This document shows positions 18,243-27,094 of a stretch of DNA of 61,837 nt, piece after piece. Both the position numbers and the translations under genes were made by a program. Location of the stretch: assembly GCA_020351855.1 (NCBI GenBank), contig CP070670.1, positions 1,592,767 through 1,654,603 on the forward strand, read 5' to 3'. This DNA comes from Gemmatimonadota bacterium (lineage in GTDB: Bacteria; Gemmatimonadota; Gemmatimonadetes; Palauibacterales; Palauibacteraceae). Below the pieces are notes generated by a model. It was not told the DNA's origin. It saw nothing but the letters and a program-made list of their open reading frames with translations, and searched no databases. The stretch's first letter is position 1. Each line of letters opens with the position of its first letter.

Positions 18243-19028
18243 ATGAGCCGAGTCATCTCGATCGCCAACCAGAAGGGGGGCGTGGGAAAGACCACGACGG
18301 CCATCAACCTCGGAGCGTCGCTCGCCATTGCGGAACGCAGGACCCTCGTCCTGGACTGCGATCCCCAGGGGAACGCCACGAGCGGGTTCGGAATCCGGAA
18401 GAACGGCAACCGACTGTCCGTATACGAGTGTGTCGTCGAGGGAAAGCCGCTGACGGAGGCGATTCACCACGAGGTTCACTTCCCCTATCTCGATGTAGCC
18501 CCCGCGAGCCGTGACCTGGCCGGTGCCGAGGTGGAGCTCATCGATCGGCCCAACCACCACCGGCGCCTGCGCAGGGCGCTCGAACCGGTGCGCGCCTCCT
18601 ACGACTACGTGCTGGTGGATTCACCCCCCTCGCTAGGCCTCCTGACCCTGAACGCGCTGACCGCCGCGGACTCCGTGATCATCCCGATTCAATGCGAGTT
18701 CTATGCCCTCGAGGGCCTGAGCCAGCTGCTCAACACGGTGCGCCTCGTACAGCGCAACATCAATCACGACCTGCAGATCGAGGGCGTACTCCTCACGATG
18801 TACGATTCGCGGCTGAACCTCTCGAAGCAGGTGGCGGCGGAAGCGCGCGAGTACTTTGGCCGCAAGGTGTTCGACACCATGATTCCGAGGAACATCCGGC
18901 TAGCCGAAGCCCCGAGCTTCGGTAAGCCGATTGCCCTGTATGATGTTCTATCCACGGGCGCTCGGGGCTACTTGAGCCTCGCCAACGAGCTGATCGAGCG
19001 CGACGAACCGAAGAGGAAAGTTGGCTAG
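18243..19028 (+). CDS. parA: Chromosome partitioning ATPase ParA/Soj
   Basis: NQKGGVGKTT, DCDPQGNAT, DSPPSLG, PIQCEFYALEG, IPRNIRLAEAPS. Confidence 0.98.
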   Translation: MSRVISIANQKGGVGKTTTAINLGASLAIAERRTLVLDCDPQGNATSGFGIRKNGNRLSVYECVVEGKPLTEAIHHEVHFPYLDVAPASRDLAGAEVELIDRPNHHRRLRRALEPVRASYDYVLVDSPPSLGLLTLNALTAADSVIIPIQCEFYALEGLSQLLNTVRLVQRNINHDLQIEGVLLTMYDSRLNLSKQVAAEAREYFGRKVFDTMIPRNIRLAEAPSFGKPIALYDVLSTGARGYLSLANELIERDEPKRKVG

Positions 19029-19893
19029 GAACGACGTACGACTCGGCAGGGGACTCGGAGCGCTGCTCGGCGAGCATCTCGACATCGTCGACGGCGAGGA
19101 GGTCGAGCTCCCACTGGAGGATCTGACCCCCAATCCTTACCAGCCGCGCACTTCGGTGTCCGAGGAAGCGCTGGCGGAGCTCGTAGCCTCGATACGCGAA
19201 CACGGGCTCTTGCAGCCCCTCGTCGTGCGCAGCCAGGGGGCCCGGTGGGAGATCGTGGCGGGCGAGCGGCGATGGCGCGCCCTGCAGATCCTGGAATGGA
19301 AGACGGCTCCCGTCATCGTGCGCGACCTCGACGATGAGCAGATGCTGCTCGTGGCGCTCGTGGAAAACCTCCAGCGGGAAGCGCTTTCGGCTCTCGAAGA
19401 GGCCCGCAGCTATCAGCAGCTGGCCGACCAGTTCGGGCTTACCCAGCAGAAGATCGCGGACCGGGTCGGCAAGGACCGATCGACCGTGGCCAACGCGCTC
19501 CGCCTGCTAACGCTGCCCCTGCCCGTGCAGGAGTTGGTCCACGCCGGTACGCTGAGCGCGGGGCACGCGAGAGCGATCCTCGGTCTCCGAGGCGAAGCGG
19601 CGCAGCGCCAGCTGGCACAGCATATCGCATCGCGCGGACTCTCCGTGCGGCAGGCCGAGCGCCGCGTACAGAAGCTTAAGGCCGCTCCCGAAGGCGTGCG
19701 CGCCAAACGTCCCGAGCCGCTGGATCCCGTCGTTCGGCGGGCCCAGCAGGCGATCGAGCGGGCGTTGGGTACGGAGGTCACCGTTCGAATGAAGGGACGG
19801 GACCGCGGCGAGATCCGCGTCCTATTCCACGACGCGGACGACTTCGACCGATTGCTCGGCCTGCTGGCCGGTCAATCCGCCTCCGAAATCTAG
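19021..19893 (+). CDS. parB: Chromosome partitioning CTPase ParB/Spo0J
   Basis: LGRGLGAL, NPYQPR, GERRWRA, ENLQRE, HTH GKDRSTVANALRL. Confidence 0.98.
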   Translation: MARNDVRLGRGLGALLGEHLDIVDGEEVELPLEDLTPNPYQPRTSVSEEALAELVASIREHGLLQPLVVRSQGARWEIVAGERRWRALQILEWKTAPVIVRDLDDEQMLLVALVENLQREALSALEEARSYQQLADQFGLTQQKIADRVGKDRSTVANALRLLTLPLPVQELVHAGTLSAGHARAILGLRGEAAQRQLAQHIASRGLSVRQAERRVQKLKAAPEGVRAKRPEPLDPVVRRAQQAIERALGTEVTVRMKGRDRGEIRVLFHDADDFDRLLGLLAGQSASEI

Positions 19894-19912
19894 AGACTCC
19901 GAGCCGGCCGTC

Positions 19913-20683
19913 ATGCGAGCCCTCCGCGGCCCTGCGTGGACGATCGTCTTCCTCCCGGGAGACGACACCGAGTCCCATTCGTTTCGTGTGCGGCGCGGCA
20001 CTGCCCTGCTGGCCGGCGGCTCGGCGATCGCGCTGCTCCTTCTGATCGGCTGGATGTCGGGTTGGGTCTGGGCGGCCGCGCGCGAATCGGCGACCATGCG
20101 TGAGCTGTCGGCGGAGGTCGAGCGTCTTTCGCTGGAGCGGACGCAGATGATGGAGCTGGCCGCTCGCCTCGAGCGGATGGAGGTCGACTACCGCCGTTTA
20201 CAGCGAGTGCTCGGCGGAAGCGGTTCGCAAAGGACGGAGAGCGAGATCTGGCTGCCCCCGATCGAAACGGAGTCGGGCGAGGCAGGTGAGGGTGCCGCGC
20301 GGCCGGAGGGTGCTCTGCTGTGGCCTCTTGCGCAGAGGGGGTACATCACCCGATCTCACCGGGCGGATGAAGGACCGGCGCACGCCGGGATCGACATCGC
20401 CGTTCCGGCCGGATCCTATGTGAGGGCGAGCGCCAGGGGGGTGGTGGCGGACGTCGGCGAGAACGGCATTTACGGTCGTTTCGTTCGGATCGACCATGCC
20501 GATGAGCTGTCGACCCTTTACGGCCACAACGCCTGGACTTTCGTCGCCGAAGGCGACTCCGTGGAGGTGCGCGAGGTCATCGCGCTGTCCGGAACCACCG
20601 GGCAGTCGACGGGCCCGCACCTGCATTTCGAGACCCGCAGGGCGGGGCGTATGATAGACCCCCTCGAGCTCGTGGGTCCCTAG
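19913..20683 (+). CDS. Membrane-anchored M23 peptidase (TM + coiled coil + LytM domain)
   Basis: HAGIDIA, YGHN, STGPHLHFE. Confidence 0.92.
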   Translation: MRALRGPAWTIVFLPGDDTESHSFRVRRGTALLAGGSAIALLLLIGWMSGWVWAAARESATMRELSAEVERLSLERTQMMELAARLERMEVDYRRLQRVLGGSGSQRTESEIWLPPIETESGEAGEGAARPEGALLWPLAQRGYITRSHRADEGPAHAGIDIAVPAGSYVRASARGVVADVGENGIYGRFVRIDHADELSTLYGHNAWTFVAEGDSVEVREVIALSGTTGQSTGPHLHFETRRAGRMIDPLELVGP

Positions 20684-20730
20684 CGGTCCGCACGGCGCGC
20701 GATCCATCAACGGAAAGGCCGAGAATAACC

Positions 20731-21234
20731 GTGCTGGGAAAAGGACAGGAAATGCCAAAGGATAACAGGGCCGAGAGCCGCGATCTGAGCGAGGTCGTTT
20801 CCATCATCGGCCCGGGGATGCACATCGTTGGCGACTGCACGAGCGACGGGGTTGTGCGGATCGAGGGAAGGGTCGAGGGGCTGATCCGGGCCGCCAAGTC
20901 GGTCGTCGTGGGCAAGGATGGCCTCGTCAAGGGAGACATCGAGACCCAGGACCTCATCATCGCGGGCCGCGTGGCCGGCACGATCACCGCCCAGAGCCGC
21001 GTGGAGCTCCAGGCGTCCTGTCACGTGGAGGGAGACATCCGGAGCCGCCGGGTGAAGCTCGAGGAAGGCGGCCGTGTCGAGGGACGTCTGCACATGGGTG
21101 CCGAGACGTCGAAGGAAGCAGCGCGCAGAGTCCCACCGCAGGGACAGGCAGGCATGCCACGGGCGCCGGGGTCCGGCGGCCAGGCCAAGGGAACCGCGCA
21201 GGGCCTGCAGAAGGCGGCAGGGCCCGACTCCTGA
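20731..21234 (+). CDS. Bactofilin (polymer-forming cytoskeletal protein)
   Basis: SIIGPGMHIVGD...VRIEGRVEG...VVVGKDGLVKGDI...LQASCHVEGDI...LEEGGRVEG. Confidence 0.93.
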   Translation: MLGKGQEMPKDNRAESRDLSEVVSIIGPGMHIVGDCTSDGVVRIEGRVEGLIRAAKSVVVGKDGLVKGDIETQDLIIAGRVAGTITAQSRVELQASCHVEGDIRSRRVKLEEGGRVEGRLHMGAETSKEAARRVPPQGQAGMPRAPGSGGQAKGTAQGLQKAAGPDS

Positions 21235-21310
21235 CTGAACGAAGGCGCGTCGCTTTGTTCTCCCGGTTGACTCCCGCATCCCAATCGACCCGACAGGCTG
21301 GTCCTCCGGC

Positions 21311-22333
21311 ATGGCGGGCCAGCCCGTCTATCCTGGTGCCTTGAGCGACGCGCTTCTTTTTCTGGCGGGACTCGTCGGGATCACGTTCGGCGCTGACTGG
21401 CTGGTCACGGGTTCCTCCCGGGCGGCCGCGCGGCTCGGCGTGAGTCCACTCGTCGTCGGCCTGACGATCGTGGCGTTCGGGACTTCGGCCCCGGAGCTGT
21501 TCGTGAGCGGGTTGGCGGCCCTGCGAGGTCAGGCGGGCCTCGCGGTGGGCAACGTCATGGGGTCCACGGTCGCCAACGTCGGGCTCATCGCCGGGCTGGG
21601 CGCCCTTCTCCGTCCGATCGACGTGAAGCGACGCCTCCTCGTGCGCGAGAGTCCGCTGCTGGTTTTCGTCCTGCTCATCGTGATGCTGCTGTCGTGGAAC
21701 TCGGCGTTGGGGCGCCTCGATGGTCTGGCCCTCATCGCCGGCTTCTTGGTCTACATCGGCGTCATGCTGCGGATGGAAGGGACCGGTGTCTTCGGCGGGG
21801 AGCTCGAGGAGGTCCTCCCGCCCGCGGTGACTCCGGGCGAGGGCTCGGTCCGGGAGACGCACGGAGAGTCCGGCCGCGACAAGGTCCTCGTTCAGCTGTG
21901 GGCCCGCACGTTCGTGGGCCTTGTGGCCCTTCTGATCGGTGCCCACCTGCTCGTGGAGTCCGCGGTCTCGATCGCGCGAGCCTTCCGGGTACCCGAGGAG
22001 GTCATTGGAGCCACCATGGTGGCTCTGGGGACATCGATACCCGAACTCGCGTCGACGGTCGCCGCCGCGATCCGCGGCCTCGGCGACATCGCGATCGGGA
22101 ACATCATCGGATCCAACGTATTCAACCTCGCGCTCGTCCTGGGCAGCGCCGCACTGCTGAACCCGCTGCTTCTGCCACCAGAAGTTGTTGTTCGACAGGT
22201 GCTTCCAGCACTCTTCTTCTGTATCATCCTCATACCCCTGGCCTATACGGGCCGGAGGGTCAATCGCCTGGAGGGACTCCTCCTGCTCTCGCTCTACGGC
22301 GTCTTCATTTGGACGGTGATCTGGCGCATCTGA
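21311..22333 (+). CDS. Ca2+/Na+ antiporter (YrbG/CaCA family)
   Basis: Two alpha repeats FGTSAPE / LGTSIPE and GNVMGS / GNIIGSN. Confidence 0.93.
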   Translation: MAGQPVYPGALSDALLFLAGLVGITFGADWLVTGSSRAAARLGVSPLVVGLTIVAFGTSAPELFVSGLAALRGQAGLAVGNVMGSTVANVGLIAGLGALLRPIDVKRRLLVRESPLLVFVLLIVMLLSWNSALGRLDGLALIAGFLVYIGVMLRMEGTGVFGGELEEVLPPAVTPGEGSVRETHGESGRDKVLVQLWARTFVGLVALLIGAHLLVESAVSIARAFRVPEEVIGATMVALGTSIPELASTVAAAIRGLGDIAIGNIIGSNVFNLALVLGSAALLNPLLLPPEVVVRQVLPALFFCIILIPLAYTGRRVNRLEGLLLLSLYGVFIWTVIWRI

Positions 22334-22388
22334 CTCCACGCGGTGACGGTTTACTTTGATGCCCGGGCCGCTCGGTGCGGGCGGCAGG

Positions 22389-22417
22389 TTGTAAAGCACA
22401 AGTGTAAAGGTTAGCTT
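22389..22417 (+). promoter_or_regulatory. Sigma70 promoter of the antitoxin-PIN operon with overlapping direct repeats
   Basis: TTGTAA, 17 nt, TAGCTT; TGTAAAG repeated at 22390-22396 and 22403-22409. Confidence 0.65.
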
Positions 22418-22466
22418 TTCCCGACAACATGACGCCCGTGTGGTTTCCGGTCGCTGGAGCCGTGCG

Positions 22467-22682
22467 ATGCCAGAATCTGTCAAGCTGAGCAGCAAGCACC
22501 AGATCGTAGTGCCGCGCGAAGCGAGAGAGGCACTGAATCTCAAACCGGGCGATCGCCTGATCGTCACGGCTCGCGACGACGCGGTTATCGAAATCGAGAA
22601 GGAGCCGGCGGACGTGATGGCCGACCTGAAGGGCCTCTTCGCCGCCCTCGGCCCGCAGGCGTGGTCGGAGCTGGGTGAGTAG
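22467..22682 (+). CDS. AbrB/MazE/SpoVT-family antitoxin (VapB-like)
   Basis: MPESVKLSSKHQIVVPREAREALNLKPGDRL; GGAG SD; overlaps the PIN gene. Confidence 0.9.
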   Translation: MPESVKLSSKHQIVVPREAREALNLKPGDRLIVTARDDAVIEIEKEPADVMADLKGLFAALGPQAWSELGE

Positions 22683-23136
22683 CCGGGCAGCCTTCCAGAG
22701 TCGACTGGAGGAGGCGCACCGGATTCACATCGACCCTATCGTAATAGCCTATCATTTGTTAGGCACATCTTCATATGTAGACCTCACAACGCTATTGTTT
22801 GCAGGGATTCACGCCGAGACGATCAGAGCTCAGACGTCGGCGCTCTCCGTGTATCAGCTCCTCGTAGAGCCGTATCGAAAGGGCGAGGAGGAGCTTGCGC
22901 TTCGAGCGTTCAAGTATCTTGGCAGCCAGCCCGGCCTAGAGATCGTTCCCGTGACCGCAAGGATCGCTCGACAGGCGGCCGAGGTGAAGGCGAGGCTGGG
23001 CGGCTCACCCGAACGGGCCGTGCAGCTGGCAACCGCCCTGCTGGGTGGCAGCAGGGCCTACTTGGCGATCAAGTCCAGCCTGAGAAGGATCGCTGGCATG
23101 GAGATCATCAACCTGGAGGACTTCGCGACAGGCTGA
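22675..23136 (+). CDS. PIN-domain (VapC-like) protein with degenerate active site
   Basis: PIN layout (IHID..., SALSVYQLLVEP, LEIVPVTARIARQAA, LATA) directly behind an AbrB-type antitoxin; most catalytic acids replaced. Confidence 0.8.
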   Translation: MSSRAAFQSRLEEAHRIHIDPIVIAYHLLGTSSYVDLTTLLFAGIHAETIRAQTSALSVYQLLVEPYRKGEEELALRAFKYLGSQPGLEIVPVTARIARQAAEVKARLGGSPERAVQLATALLGGSRAYLAIKSSLRRIAGMEIINLEDFATG

Positions 23137-23164
23137 AGGCGGAGCCACGCCCGCCACTCGGGGC

Positions 23165-24424
23165 TCAGAGGGGCCGGAAGAGAAGACCGGAGGGCATCTT
23201 GGGCGCGAAGTAGGTCGACTTCGGGGGCAGCCGGACCCCTGCGCCCGCGACGGCCCAAATGTCTTCCAACCGCACTGGCGGCAGCAGGAACAGGCCGGCT
23301 TCGGCAGCCGGGCCTGCGGCGAGGCTCCCAGACAGGCGGGCGGCTTCGGGATCCTGATGGTAGCTCAACGTCCCGTCGGCCGCTGCGGCGTCGGCATCAC
23401 GACCGGTGAAGCGCCGGAGGATCAGGCGGTCGAGCACAACCGAGGCAATTCCCGCTTCAGCCATCGATAGCCGGGCTCGGTCCTGGGCTGCCGGCAGTGG
23501 CCGCTTCAGAAGGATGCCTGCGGAGTCCGGTCGCCCGAGGCCGAGTGCCCCGATCGTGGCGCCCCCGCGGCGTCGGACCTCATCGGCAAGGGAGCGAGGA
23601 TCGTTCGATCCGGCCTCGATCTCGAATGAACCCGCGAGGACGTCCCGCCAGCCGGCCGGCAACCCCTCGATGCGCCGGTGCGTCGCCTGGAGGATGAGGC
23701 CTCTATCGCGGTCGCTCACGATGGCCGCGAGAACCTGGCGCGAGGCAGGCCGATCAGTCAGTTGTCTTGCCAGCTCGAGCGCAGTCTCGTAGCGGTGGTG
23801 CCCATCCGCGATGAGGAGCCCCCGACCGGCGCCCAGGGTCAGCGCGGCCCTCTCGTGGCGGGCCGGGAGCTCGTGGAGTGCGTGGGCGACATCGTCCTCC
23901 GTGCGGGCCTCCATTCCAGGCTTGACGCCGGACGCTTTCACCAGGAGATCGTGCAGCGCGCCGTCCGGGTCTCGGGCGATGAAGAAGATCGGCGACAACT
24001 GGGCGCAGCAACTCTTCATCAGGGCGAGTCGGTCTTCCTTCGGTCCCCGGTGCGTGTGTTCGTGCGGAAAGATCTCGCCACTGTCCAGCGGCGCCAGTTC
24101 GACCGCACAGAGAAGAGCTCGGCGGACAGCTCGTTGTTGCCCACCATGGGAAAACTCCTGCGCATAGACCCACAGGGACTCGCGACGGGAGCGCGCCAAG
24201 ATCCCGCTGGCCAGCCAGTCATTCAGTCGATCCGCCGCCAGCTGATACCGGTCCGGCACGGGTCCCTCCGGCAACACCAGCCGGACCGCATTGTAGGGGC
24301 TCAGCGCACGAAGGCGAGCCGCATCGTCCTCCGTTATCACATCGAACGGAGGCGAGAGGAGGCGAGAGGCGTCACCGGCCTCGGTCGTATAAGTGATCGA
24401 CGCTGTAGGGAAGATCTTGGCCAC
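23165..24424 (-). CDS. DUF1015 family protein
   Basis: SPPFDVI, SPYNAVRL, IFPHEHT...PKEDRL, LIADGHHRYETA, LPPKSTYFAPKMPSGL. Confidence 0.9.
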   Translation of the reverse strand: MAKIFPTASITYTTEAGDASRLLSPPFDVITEDDAARLRALSPYNAVRLVLPEGPVPDRYQLAADRLNDWLASGILARSRRESLWVYAQEFSHGGQQRAVRRALLCAVELAPLDSGEIFPHEHTHRGPKEDRLALMKSCCAQLSPIFFIARDPDGALHDLLVKASGVKPGMEARTEDDVAHALHELPARHERAALTLGAGRGLLIADGHHRYETALELARQLTDRPASRQVLAAIVSDRDRGLILQATHRRIEGLPAGWRDVLAGSFEIEAGSNDPRSLADEVRRRGGATIGALGLGRPDSAGILLKRPLPAAQDRARLSMAEAGIASVVLDRLILRRFTGRDADAAAADGTLSYHQDPEAARLSGSLAAGPAAEAGLFLLPPVRLEDIWAVAGAGVRLPPKSTYFAPKMPSGLLFRPL

Positions 24425-24686
24425 AAGGCGTCCCCTGTATGAGCGTGCCGTCCACGGAGATCAAGACCATCGGATAGCAAGGTATCGGGACGCGTCGTGG
24501 CCGAACCAGGCCGCCTTCCGGTACCAGGCAAGGAGAGCCCCCTGCCGGGCTTGCCGGTTTCGGGCATAAGGATAGGTTGGCGAGCCCGACGCTGATGGAC
24601 CGATGGGGGGTGCGAAAGGAGTCATTGTGCTGCGCGACGCTGAGAGGAGAACCAGGGAGGCAGGGGCGCTGACGTGCGCACGGGTA

Positions 24687-27050
24687 ATGCGGACCGCGCT
24701 TGCCCTCGGCACGCTCGTCGTGGCTGCGCTCCTGCGGGCCTCAGGCGGCGGGGCACAGCCGACACCGAGCGAGTACTTGGGCTATCTGGTCGGTGCGGAC
24801 CGCGAGCTTGCCGACTGGTCGGAGATTACGGGCTACCTCGTGAAGCTCGCGTCAGCGAGCGACCGGGTCCTGCTGGACACGCTGGGCAGCACGACGCTCG
24901 GCCGACCGCTCCTGCTCCTGACGATTTCTGAACCGGAGAACCTCGCATCGCTCGGGACGATTCGTCAGATCCAGGAGGAACTAGCAGACCCGCGTACCAT
25001 TCGCGGAACCGATCACCGCGAGGCGCTGCTCCGATCCGGCAAGACCATCGTGCTGATCACCTGCGCGATTCACTCCTCCGAGGTCGGGAGCTCGCAGGTA
25101 CCCCTGCGCATCGCCCATCGGCTGGCGACGTCCGATGAGAGGGAGGTCCAGGAGATCCTCGCGAATACCGTGGTGCTGCTCATTCCTTCCCTCAATCCTG
25201 ACGGTGTGGACCTGGTGACGGCGTGGTACCGGGAGTCGGTCGGGAACCCATGGGAGGGGGCCGCTCCACCCTTCCTGTACCACCACTATGTCGGTCACGA
25301 CAACAACCGGGACTGGTACGCCTTCACCCAGATCGAGACGCGCCTCGTGGTCGAGAAGGTGCACAACGAGTGGCATCCGCAGATCGTGCATGACATCCAC
25401 CAGCTCGGCCAGCACGGAACGCGTTTCTTCGTTCCTCCTTGGATCGATCCGATCGAGCCCAACGTGGACCCCCTGCTCGTTTCCGCTGCCAACGCCGTCG
25501 GTACGGAGGTAGCCTGGAGCCTCCTCCGTGAGGGCAAGAAGGGCGTTGTCGTGAACGCCGTTTACGACGCCTGGACGCCGGCCCGCGCATACACGCACTA
25601 CCACGGGGGCGTCCGCATCCTCTCGGAGACGGCGAGCGCCAAGCTCGCGACGCCCCTGGAGATCAGTGCGGAGGAGCTTCAACCGGAGAGGGGTTTCGAC
25701 CCTCGGAAACGCTCCTGGAACTTCCCCGTGCCGTGGGAGGGAGGAACGTGGAGGCTGGCCGACATCCTTGACTACATGGAGTCCGGAGCGTTCGCCGTGC
25801 TTTCGCACGCCGCCAGAAACCGGGAGATGTGGCTTAGCAACTTCGTCGCCGTGGGAGAGCGTGCGGTTGCGGGCTGGCCGGAGTGGCCTGCCGCGTGGGT
25901 CATCCCGCCGACCGGCGGTCCGGTGGTGGCAGGCGGAAAAGGCTCGGGATTCGGGCAAGGGCCGTGGTTCCAGTTGGGCGTGTCGGAGCTCATTCGCGTG
26001 CTCCTGGAGGGAGACGTGGAGGTCAGCCGGGCGCCGGAGGCCTTCACGCTGGATGGGCGCCGGCTGCCTGCCGGTTCCTACGTCGTCGTGATGCGACAAC
26101 CCTACGGCGCCTTCGCCCAGGCCCTCTTGGCTCCGCAGCGCTATCCGGAGCTGCGGGCGTACGAGGATGGACCCCTGCTGCCGCCCTACGACGCGGCCGC
26201 ACACACGCTTCCCCTGCTTTTCGGGGTCGAGGCCGTGGCGGTCGAGGACATGGGTGCCGTACCGACCAGGCTGGAGCAAGTCCTTGCCCCTCCGGCGCCT
26301 CCCGGTCCCTTGCGTGAACTGGCGGGCCTGGACGACACCGATGGCCTCTTGGGGCTCTACCAGCCGTGGGATCCGTCCATTGATGAGGGCTGGACCCGGT
26401 GGCTCTTCGACCGATTCGGGGTGCCGTACGTCACGCTCCGAAACGACCGCCTCAGGGGCGGCGAGCTCGACGGGCTAGCCGCCGTGCTCCTGGCTTCGAT
26501 ACCGCCTGAAGTCTTGACGGACGGACTGGAGGAAGGGGCCGCTCCGCCCGAGTTGACAGGCGGCCTTGGCGACAACGGTGGCACGGCGCTGCGCCGCTTC
26601 GTAGAGGACGGAGGCACCCTTGTCGCGCTCGACCGATCGGTCGATTGGGTGATCGAGCAGCTGCGCCTTCCGGTTCGAAACCTGCTCGCCGATCTGGAGG
26701 ACGTGGAGTATGCGGCCCCGGGCTCGCTCGTACGTCTGGAGACCGACCGCGATGTTCCGATGGCAGCCCGCATGCCGTCGGTCGCGGCAGCCCTTCTGCA
26801 GGGCGGCGCCGCGTTCGAAATGGCCCAGGATTCGCGCGTCCGAGTGGTGGCTCGCTACGCGGAAGAGGACATCCTGCTGAGCGGGTGGCTTCAGGGCGGC
26901 GAGCACCTGGCGGGACGACCGGCCGTGATCGAGATCCCGCTCGGCAAGGGCCGCGTCGTACTCTTCGGCGTTCGGCCCCAGTATCGCGGACAGTCGCTCT
27001 CGACGCTTCCCCTGCTTTTCGATTCCTTGAAGCGTCGGGGCGCCGGCTAG
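24687..27050 (+). CDS. Secreted M14 zinc carboxypeptidase-family protein with C-terminal glutamine-amidotransferase-like domain
   Basis: Signal peptide from ATG 24687; IHSSE, NPDG, GHDNNRD, DIHQ; C-terminal DEGWTRWLFD, FVEDGGTLV, GRVVLFGVRPQYRGQ. Confidence 0.88.
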   Translation: MRTALALGTLVVAALLRASGGGAQPTPSEYLGYLVGADRELADWSEITGYLVKLASASDRVLLDTLGSTTLGRPLLLLTISEPENLASLGTIRQIQEELADPRTIRGTDHREALLRSGKTIVLITCAIHSSEVGSSQVPLRIAHRLATSDEREVQEILANTVVLLIPSLNPDGVDLVTAWYRESVGNPWEGAAPPFLYHHYVGHDNNRDWYAFTQIETRLVVEKVHNEWHPQIVHDIHQLGQHGTRFFVPPWIDPIEPNVDPLLVSAANAVGTEVAWSLLREGKKGVVVNAVYDAWTPARAYTHYHGGVRILSETASAKLATPLEISAEELQPERGFDPRKRSWNFPVPWEGGTWRLADILDYMESGAFAVLSHAARNREMWLSNFVAVGERAVAGWPEWPAAWVIPPTGGPVVAGGKGSGFGQGPWFQLGVSELIRVLLEGDVEVSRAPEAFTLDGRRLPAGSYVVVMRQPYGAFAQALLAPQRYPELRAYEDGPLLPPYDAAAHTLPLLFGVEAVAVEDMGAVPTRLEQVLAPPAPPGPLRELAGLDDTDGLLGLYQPWDPSIDEGWTRWLFDRFGVPYVTLRNDRLRGGELDGLAAVLLASIPPEVLTDGLEEGAAPPELTGGLGDNGGTALRRFVEDGGTLVALDRSVDWVIEQLRLPVRNLLADLEDVEYAAPGSLVRLETDRDVPMAARMPSVAAALLQGGAAFEMAQDSRVRVVARYAEEDILLSGWLQGGEHLAGRPAVIEIPLGKGRVVLFGVRPQYRGQSLSTLPLLFDSLKRRGAG

Positions 27051-27094
27051 GCGGACGACCGAGGCCGACGCAACCGGGCTGGTGCCCGATGCGG

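Noticed and set aside
17965-18246. Short ORFs in the mnmG-parA gap as an rsmG remnant
   Set aside because: No SAM-binding motif or other RsmG resemblance; they overlap parS and promoter elements.
22334-23164. Mobile element or island around the TA pair
   Set aside because: No integrase, transposase, tRNA or flanking direct repeats seen; only a modest AT shift.
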